NCBI RefSeq assembly: GCF_009914755.1
Contig: NC_060940.1
Source: the human T2T-CHM13v2.0 reference genome, Homo sapiens
Direction: 5' to 3' (one strand)
DNA: 64,000 nt
Below the pieces are notes generated by a model. That model did no database searches. It saw only the letters and a program-made list of their open reading frames with translations, and was not told where the DNA came from. Positions 53,990-64,000 of the stretch are shown piece after piece. Numbering within the stretch: the first letter of the stretch is position 1; each line of letters opens with the position of its first letter. Made by a program: the position numbers and the translations under genes.

Positions 53990-55190
53990 TATTTATTTGT
54001 TATTTTACTTTTTATTTTTTTTTAATTTTAGATTTGGGGGTACAAGTGCAGGTTGTTACATGGGTATATTGCATGGTGCTGAGATTTGGGTTTCAATTGA
54101 ACCCATTACCCAAATAATGAACATGGTACCTGATAGGTAGTTTTTAAATTCTTGCCCCATGCCCTCTCCCCTTTTGAAGTTCCCAGTGCCTGTTTTTCCC
54201 ATCTGTATGACCATGTGTACCCAGTGATTAGCTCCCACTTACAAGTGAGAACATGCTGTATTTGGTTTTCTGTTTTTGTGTTAATTCACTTAGGATAATA
54301 GTCTCCAGCTGCATCTGTGTTGCTGCAAACAATGTTATTCCATTCTTTTTTATCGCTACATAATATTCTGTGATGTATATGTGCCACATTTTCTTTATCC
54401 AACCCATCATTGATGGGCACCTAGGTTGATTCCATGTCTCTGCTATTGTAAATAATACTACAATAAATACGTGAATGCAGGCATCTTTTTTGGTCAGTGG
54501 TCCTCAACCTTTTTGGCACCAGGGACTGTTTTCATGAAAGACAATTTTTCTAGGGACTGTAATGTTGGGGGATGGTTTCAGGATCATTCGAGCAAATTAA
54601 ATTTATTATGTACTTTATTTCTATTATTATTGTAATATATAGTGAAATAATTATACAACTCATCATAATGTGGAATCAGTGGGAGTCTTGAGCTTGTTTT
54701 CCTGCAACTAGATTGACCCATCTGGGGGTGATTTGAGACAGTGACCATCAAGCATTAGATTCTCATTAGGAGTGTGCAACCTAGATCCCTCGCATGTGCA
54801 GTTCACAATAGGGTTCGAACTCCTAGGAAAATCTAATGCTGCCAGTGATCTGATAGGAGGCAGAGCTCAGGTGGTAATGCAAGTGATAGGAGCAGCTGTA
54901 AATACAGCTTCACTTGCCTGCCAGCCACTCACCTTCTGCTGTGTGATCCAGTTCCTAACAGGCCACAGACCTGGTATCGGTCCATGGCCCTGGGGATTGG
55001 GGACGCCTATTTTTGGTAGAATGACTTATTTTCCTCTGGGTATAGACCCAGTAATGGGATTGCTGGGTCGAATAGTAATTCTACTTTTAGTTCTTTGAGA
55101 AATCTCCAAACTGCTTTCCACAGAAGCTGAACTAATTTACAGTTCCTCCTTTTTTTTTCTGTAGCCTTGCCAAAATCTATTTTTTTAGTA
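53990..55190 (-). mobile_element. L1PB/old L1PA 3' end, antisense, split by MER1A
   Basis: ggggtacaagtgcaggttgttacatgggtatattg...; ORF 54228..54410(-) WIKKMWHIY..EYY..IKKN is the L1 ORF2 C-terminus. Confidence 0.9.
54495..55009 (+). mobile_element. MER1A (hAT-Charlie), full length
   Basis: TIRs cagtggtcctcaacc and ttggggacgccta; perfect 8-bp TSD TTTTTGGT (54487-54494 and 55010-55017). Confidence 0.93.
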
Positions 55191-56285
55191 ATTTATTTTC
55201 ATCATATTTTATAAAAGTATCAATTTGCAATAGATCAGATAATAAAATGTTCATCCCCACAGATAGTTTGAGAAGAACTGTTGGACACCAGTGGAAAGTC
55301 TAAAATGAAATAAGAGAAGTAGAGTCTTGCACACAGGGCTTTGAGAATGAGATGTCGGAGAAATGCCAGGGGCAGGTGGGTAGAATATACACGTGACACA
55401 GAGAGTGTATAAGAAATTTCTCTCTAAATGAGTGAAATCTATCTTAAAGGAAGCACTGGATGACAAATCTAGGACATCTGATTTATTTTAATCCAGTCCT
55501 GTACCATCAAGGATTACATAACTCTATTCAGCTGTCTATTTCAGAGTCCACTCTTAGAAAATGTGTCTAAATGTATCTAACCTACATTCTTCCCATTCCA
55601 GTTTTCAGGCCTTTCCTATTATCTTACACAAACCAAACCAGAGTTGGGTCTTCAGTAATCTTTTTTTGCTTCATGGATGTGATGTAAAAGTGAGCTTCTG
55701 TGCCCTGGCTAAAATTTGTGTTAGACCATATATGTCCAGGGCAAAGACATGTAATCACCTAAGGGAGTTTTGATGCATTTTTGATCCAAATGTATGTGGT
55801 AGAAATTCTTCGGGAAAATAAAAGAAATCACATATATCACATATTTATGTAAACTTCTTTTACATAAAATCAGTAAAGAAATCACATGCAATATCAGAAA
55901 AAAGGCTGTTTGGTTTTGATAGATTGCTTATTTTTTTGTTTCTTAATTTGATCTGCAGAATCACACAGAGTTGACTATTCAAATGGATGTAAACCTGACT
56001 GGTAAATTCACGACAAAGACTCTTAGATTTCACCTCTGCTCAACATTTAGCTACACAGCTCCTTGTAGAATCGATTGTCTGTAAGAGGAAAAGTCTATGC
56101 ATTCTGATGGATTCATGACACTGGGGCTTCCTTAGGAGGGACTAGAGATTGCTTTTTAGAGGTGATAAGAATACCTCGATTTTTGATTTTAGCAACTTTT
56201 GACTTTATACATGTCTACATATATATAAACTTGGAAAATATGTAAGTAAATAGAAACAATCATATTTTTCCTTTATTAAAAAAAC

Positions 56286-56621
<336 letters not shown>

Positions 56622-56692
56622 AAAAACTACTATTTCTATGTAAGAACATTTCTGTTCAGTCCCTTCCCATACTTACATAAGAATATAGTTAG

Positions 56693-57006
<314 letters not shown>

Positions 57007-57029
57007 TTAGAATTGTATATAAATATATA

Positions 57030-57653
57030 GAGAGTTTATTCACATTGTTTACTATAGTTATGTTCTAAAAAGTCTGTGAACACTGAATTAGGGAATACTG
57101 AACCTTTGCTCCTGGGGGAAATACAGAGTTAGGTTCCTGGGAGCGTCTGTCACAACATTTTCTCAATCAGTCAATACATAATCTTGTTTTATGTGTGTTT
57201 CTGTTTAAGGACGTCTGCTTTAGTATAATGTTGTCAATTCATTAACATTGGACTTATGGCCAACAGCACCCTAACTCATGCGTGAATGAAACTTATCTAA
57301 CACATGTATTTTCTCCAAAAGACACATCACAGCCTTCTTGCTCTTAGGAATGCTAGACAACAGTTCAGCATTATGTTTGGGGGCCACTTTAAACAGTGAA
57401 ATCACAAACAAACTTACAAAAATTTAAAGAAAACATTATTTACAGTATGAGAGCTACAGCAATGAGGGAGAGCATTGCCCTGTTTGACCTCAGCAGGAAA
57501 TGTGGACAGGGCCGCTTAAGGTCTTTACTGCTCTGTACATGTCCTGAAATGACTGAAAACACCCCTTCAAATATTGATTTGAGAGTTACAAGTAAGTTCT
57601 AATAAGGAGGCAAATTCTCAAATATCAAATCTACAAACTACGAGGATCAATTG
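57030..57653 (+). mobile_element. MER82 (TcMar-Tigger)
   Basis: tagttatgttcta..gaacactgaattag.gaatactgaacc..ggggaaatacag.gttaggttcctg; ends cgaggatcaattg. Confidence 0.75.
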
Positions 57654-58166
57654 CATATACATGGCTTTTCACGGTGCTTTATATTTAACTTTATACCTGT
57701 AAACTTTCACTATTTATTAATAGTTTATTCCAATATTGTTGTAATGATTGATGGTATAGTTTGCTAAATACTCTATTATCCTACCATAAAAAGGTGGTTA
57801 TAAAACAGTGCAAAGTAGCAGGTAAACCATTTTATTGGGTATATCTTGGAATTTTGGGAATTCCTAAACCCTTCCTCCCTAAGAAGGAAATTACATAGAT
57901 GGAAGCTGAAATCAATCTATGACAAATTATTGAAATATTGTAACCATCCAGGATTGTCCAGGGTTGGGAATTTGGAATGCCCCATTTTCCACATAGAGGA
58001 TGCTCATTTCCAATTTGTCTCCCTTTCCTTGTTGATGTCATTGTTTTTAATTAATAATAGAGTTAAGTACTGTAGCCAATTGAGTGATGTGTATATTGCT
58101 GTTTCTAACCAACTCCTTATAGTGTTCACTATTGAGAGCGATCTCTAACTGATTTAATCTCCCTAG

Positions 58167-58316
58167 GTGTCGAATTAAATGATGGGCAGTGGCATTCTGT
58201 CTCTTTATCTGCTAAAAAGAATCACTTGAGTGTGGCGGTGGACGGCCAGATGGCTTCTGCTGCTCCTCTGCTGGGGCCTGAGCAGATTTATTCGGGTGGC
58301 ACCTATTATTTTGGAG
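58167..58316 (+). CDS. CNTNAP4: CNTNAP4 coding exon (probably exon 9), laminin-G domain 2
   Basis: ctccctag acceptor, G|gtaaga donor, 150 nt, phase 1-1. (G)VELNDGQWHSVSLSAKKNHLSVAVDGQMASAAPLLGPEQIYSGGTYYFG. Confidence 0.96.
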
Positions 58317-61300
58317 GTAAGAATAGGTGCCAGGCTCTATGAGCAACTGAACCATATTTGCATTAGTGCCCCCGTGTCTTGGCGAAGTCATCATGTTTTA
58401 ACTAATATGAATACTAAGGAATAATTTTTCACTGTCTTTGATCATGGACATTTTGGGTGGATCAAGTCGAAAAATTCTGACCTGAAATGCATTTCTGCAA
58501 GGTGGACTTACTTCTGTTTACAGTTTCTTGATGAGATTGATTTTAAGTAGGCTGTCCTCTTCAGTTCTCACCTTCAAACCTTGCTATATTTTCCTAATGT
58601 TAAATGATCCTTATATGTCTTCTTCTGATTTTATGGGCTGATTTAATTGCAGTATTTTCTTGATTATGCCCTTAGCTCCTTCAGAGCATCCTTATTGCTT
58701 CCCTACTGTCCAGTACAGAAGGACAATATTATGCCAAAGGACAAATAATTTAACTTAATCAGCCCCAGCAACCTCTTCTCCTTGTTAAGCATAATGCACT
58801 GATACATTTGATGAAATCAGGGCATCAGCCTTCGACACCAGCTCATCTCCCTTAGAGAACAAAAGCAAATGAAGCATCCACCCGCCCAGTGGATGTTTGT
58901 TTGAACTAAAAGCCTGGAAAAGAAAACCTAAAAAATGGAAATGAATTTTTTATCACTGGCAAATTAAAACAAATGTTCTTTTCCGTTAGAAATCCAATGT
59001 TTTAAAACTGCCAGCAGTAAGACTCACTTCTAATCATGTTGAGGTGTTGCTTATATTAGCGTTGTTTTGTCATCGTTATGTTACATTTTACTAATTGCTT
59101 GTATCTGGAATCATTTTTGCATTTGATAGAGGTAGCTGAGTCTCTATTATTCACTAATAAAATACAAATTATTTTCTAAGTATTGACGGTGAGCACACAG
59201 TCCATGAATCAGTTTATAGGATTCTAAAAGCAAAAGAACAAACAAACAAAAAAACTGCTACATAATCCATTACTGTGAAAGGCTGCTTAGGGCCAACAAT
59301 CTGAAAATATATACTTGTTTCCTTTACTGAGATGTTTAAACCGGGCTGCTTATAAAACCTTTTGGAATATATGATTGATTTTATGGCAATCCATAGTAAC
59401 ACATTCTTTTAATAAATAGTAAGATATATAGAACAACTTAACCCAGAGCTTTTACTTCAAAGGAAAAGATTTAGAAGCACTAAAAGAGATAAGGAAATAA
59501 ATAGGCATATTGTTAAATGATGCAAAATAAAAGACTGGATAAAATTGTTTGTAAATCATGAAAATAGAATCATCATTCTTCACATATTTTATGTCCTTCA
59601 TGTTCAGGTTTAACAATGCCTAGCTAGTTGATATAAATTTTTACTCTAGTGATTGCTTTTAGTCATACTGTAATGTAATTTTATAGTAAAATATATCACA
59701 CATGTACTCTGTAATTTTGCTTGTTTTTATTATGATACATATGATATACATCATCTTTTTAAAAAGTATTTTTGGATAGTTTTAGATTTACAGAAAAGTT
59801 GCAAAAATATAGAGAGTTCCTGCACACCCGACATCCAGTTTCCTCTATTGTTCACACCTTACATAATATACACATTTTAAAGATAACTAACAATTTTTCT
59901 TAAGTATACACCTACCCATGTGTCTCTCTGCTAAAGAAAGATGATCAATGCATGTCTGTCCCTTGTATCATATCTTTTGATCTCCTATGTAAATGCTCTC
60001 CTGAATTTGGGTTTTATTCTTGCTTCATGTGTATTATAATTTTACATCTATTAAGGTGTTTCTAAATAATATATTGTAAGAACTTCCACAGTAAAATTCC
60101 AACTTCAGGGCTTTCTTAAAAAAAATTACGAATCTCAAGTTTACTTAGGTATCTCTGTTTATTCAATCATTTTTTCAATTGATGTTCTTTCACATCAGAA
60201 TATGCTTGACCTTGGCATGAGATTCTATTGGTCATTAAATACAAGCCCTGCAAAATCCAGGCCACCCTAACAGTTCCAGGGCTGGAAGCAAGGAGCCGGA
60301 TGATAGCAGAAGACCTGCTGCCAAACTCTGCCCTGCACTTCCCAGCCTTGTACTTCCAGAACCAGGTTAAGGCGATCCATCTTCCAAGAAGCCCACTTAG
60401 GGGTTTTGGGCTGAAAATTCTGGATCCTGGGAGTGAACTAGAGGGGAAAGGGTTCTAAGTGGACACATCATCTTTTCTTGTGAGGCCTTTTGGTACCATG
60501 GGCAAGAGCATGACTGGAGGAGGGCTAAAGTAGGGTCCCTAAAATGCAAGACTGCCACAGGGACCTGGCTGGTACAGGCAGTGGGGTGATCAACTCTTGC
60601 CAACTTTAGCTGAACGACCTTCATCCTGGGAACAACCTCCTTCCCCCAGTCCTGGGGAACTGTGACAGTCGTTCCCCCTGGAAAGTTCTATGTAGATAAG
60701 GCTGCTCTCTATCACTAGGATCTGTGTTGTCTAGGTGGAAAGTGTTTTTTAGATAATTCTTCAGCCAGTTTATGTTCAAGTAAAAAGTTACTCCGTGTTG
60801 TGAGACACGTCTCATCAGTTCTCCTTCTCTCTAAATTTAACTGCAAGTTTCCAGTTATTTTATCTGGGCTGTTCCAACAGCCCGGGTTATACCTCCACTC
60901 TTTACCAGTCTTGACAGTGGCTGTCATATTGGGAGAGTGGGCTGCTCCTGAACTAGCAGCACTGTGTATATGCCACACCAGACTTCTCTTATCCATCCAT
61001 CACTTTTTACTCTGTAGCTTTTTTTCCACCCTCAAACAGGTGCTTTTCACAAAGTCGGACTGTATTGTGGTGGTACATTCTGCTCAGCTTTTATCATTTA
61101 TAAATTATACATTTTAAATTTAGATTCTCTAGATTGAGAATGGCTGGGTGTCTAATTTCTGTACATTCCCCTATGGAATCTTTTGCAATGCCTAACACAA
61201 CATGCAGCACAATCTGGGGATACTGTGTGCAAAATTCTCACATCCCCCTCCCTTGTGTAAAGCAAACATTCTCTATCCAATGAACTGACTACAGCACTGT

Positions 61301-62313
61301 GAAGTCTAACCTGACATCTCACTTCTGCTGCAGTGACATATAGCGATAATTTATCTGTTATCCTCGGAGGTGCTTAACATGCTGACTGCCTCCAGTAATG
61401 GATCCATCCATTAATTCAGCACTAAGTATTCTTCAGAAATCTTCCTATTTTAGGACTTTCATCTCAAATTGGGCTCAGTGCTGAGCTTCTCTCTGGTATT
61501 GCATTATATTAACTTGTTGCTGCCTCTTATCATAGACTAATGAGGCTAACCTGGGTTGAACCCCTCTTTGTTCATAGAATCTCTTGCTTATTGAACATTG
61601 TAGCTAGGAATATGAATTGCCTCATGATAGGATAGTATGCTTTCTGTAAAATTCCATGATCTTTCCTGGTGACTCTGGGTTTGCTTAGCTTTGTTCCCTG
61701 CAGGCATATTGCACAATTTATTTTATTCTGAGTTAGTTTGAGATGTGTCAGGAAACGCCACCTGGAGAAAAGAAGATTAGCAGAGTTACTTATATGCCTG
61801 GCATATTATAGTTGCTTCAAAATATTATGGAACTATTATCCTTTCAGTTTTTACCCTAACATTCTTAATTGGCTAATAAGTCATTCAGAATACATACTGA
61901 GATTATGGTAACCATATCTTACACTACAGAAGAAATTTAAGCGCTGGAAATGTGTGTAGTACCATGTACAATAAATTAACACTCAAAAAGCTTTGATGAA
62001 TTTTTCTTGATATATTAAATTTGAAACTTCAAAGTCTCCATTAGGTTAAAATAAAATGTTTCGGTGTGTCTGATAATAGTTTTAAATTTGAATGCTGTCC
62101 TTTACTTGCCATGTAAATGTATTTTGTCAGCAAAACAAAGCATTAAGGAAAAATATTATCAGTCAAACAATTTAATTACAGTGGAAATTCACAAGTAGAA
62201 AACTAGTGTGGATTATACAGGAATTAAGAAGTTGCTGACTCACTTCTTATTCTTTGAAATTGTGTTAGTGGTTGATGACTATCATGGCAAATAAAGATTA
62301 ATTAAAAAAATAA

Positions 62314-62771
62314 TAACCACCCATCTAGTCTCCGTTCCGTGGGTTCAATTGTTTTGATTTTTAGGTCCCACAAATAAATGAGAACACATAATGTTTGTCT
62401 TTCTGTGCCTGGCTTATTTCACTTAACATAATGATCTCCAGTTCCATCCATGTTGTTGCAAGAGGCTGGGAAGGGTAGTGGAGTTTGGGGAGAAGTAGGA
62501 GATTGTTAATGGGTACAAAATACAGTTAGAATGAATAAGACCTACTATAGGATAGCACAAGAGGGTAACTATAGTCATTAATAATTGTACATTTTAAAAT
62601 AACTAAAATAGTTTAAATGGATTGTTTGTAAAATGAAGGATAAATGCTTTAGAAGATGAATACCCCATTCTTCATGGTGTGATTATTTCACTTTGCATGC
62701 CTGTTTCAAAATATCTTATATACCCACATATACACCTACCATGTATCCATACAAATTAAAAATTGAAAAAA
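62314..62771 (+). mobile_element. L1MA 3' end with 5' inversion
   Basis: 62314-62460 is antisense L1; 62461-62771 is sense L1 3'UTR with A-rich tail. Confidence 0.88.
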
Positions 62772-63522
62772 TGTAATATATGTATTCATACTCGATAAAC
62801 TTATTTATTCCACTTGGATAGAGAAACATTTAGAATGTCATTAGACCACAGACAATAATGGTTAATATTATATTTATTATTTAAATAATTATAAACCAGC
62901 CTTATATAAATGTTAGAAAAAAATCAATATAGATGAAACATCCTTTTATGAGGCAAAGAATAAAATCAAACTGTGAAATATTTTTGATATTAAGCCATCA
63001 AGACTTACTAAAATCCTTGTGTATGTGGTTCCTTTATGTATAGGAAAATACAATAATTAATTAGATAAACAGTTGGTAATTTTATTCCAAGCCAAGAGAA
63101 CCCATTTTCCAAATAGTTAGCTTTATAAATACAAAGATATTTCATCATTATTAATGTATCTTTTCTTATACATAGTACATGTTTTCATCTTTTATGTTCT
63201 TAATTTTGCAATTCAAAATACTAAGTTCCCATCTGTAAGTTATATATAGTTTAATATTGCTGGCTGGCATGTTTAGGATTCTGGAGCCAATGTTTATATT
63301 TTTCAAATCTAGATCAAGTTAATATCCTTGCACATTATTATAATACTAGTGACTTCCTGGGAATGCTATGTAAATAAAAAATTCTTTGTATGAATTTCAG
63401 TTTGTAATTTAGATCAAACTAATAATGACTGCAGTCATTATTCCCTCCTTTAATACAGAAAATAATCATATGCCTCTTTCTTTTATTTTTTAAATGAAGT
63501 TATCTATGATCCTGAATTCTGA

Positions 63523-63735
<213 letters not shown>

Positions 63736-64000
63736 TAAGGGCAATCTCACTTCATTTTGACCTGCTTTCAAACTTTGGCATCAGATTAAAATTTATGTAT
63801 AAGATGAACAATTATTCTTTCCTCTTCCCCATTCTTATCTGTTCCACAGGAAATGGATTATATTTACATTAGAAATAAGAAAAAATGCACCCTTTGTTTA
63901 AATGTCATATTTTAAATGACAAAATTTGGAAGACTTGGCCATGTTATGTATGGCCATGTATGTACACATGCTACCAGTTCGCCAAAGATAATGTTGATGC

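Noticed and set aside
58230-58424. Signal-peptide-like ORF MWRWTARWLLLLLCWG
   Set aside because: Alternative frame of the CNTNAP4 exon, starting at a GTG codon and running into intron.

Overview
Primate (very probably human) AT-rich, CpG-poor genomic DNA from inside CNTNAP4 (Caspr4, neurexin superfamily) on the + strand. Seven coding exons (148, 204, 185, 144, 262, 150 and 172 nt; probably exons 4-10) have GT-AG boundaries and splice into one open frame covering the end of the discoidin (F5/8C) domain and laminin-G domains 1 and 2. The rest is intron, largely transposon-derived: L1 fragments, Alus, MIR/L2, MaLR LTRs, Tigger1, Tigger2a, MER47A, MER82, MER1A and an internally deleted HERVL/MLT2A1 provirus with a perfect TGGAG target-site duplication. 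Repeat subfamily names come from recalled consensus sequences, and boundaries of old elements are approximate. I see no new multi-gene system. The best leads are a candidate 15-nt in-frame microexon (41150-41164), a recursive-splice-site-like motif (15314-15321), several template-switch or end-joining scars, a ~70-bp diverged direct repeat flanking the symmetric 144-nt exon, and a perfect 31-bp tandem array.
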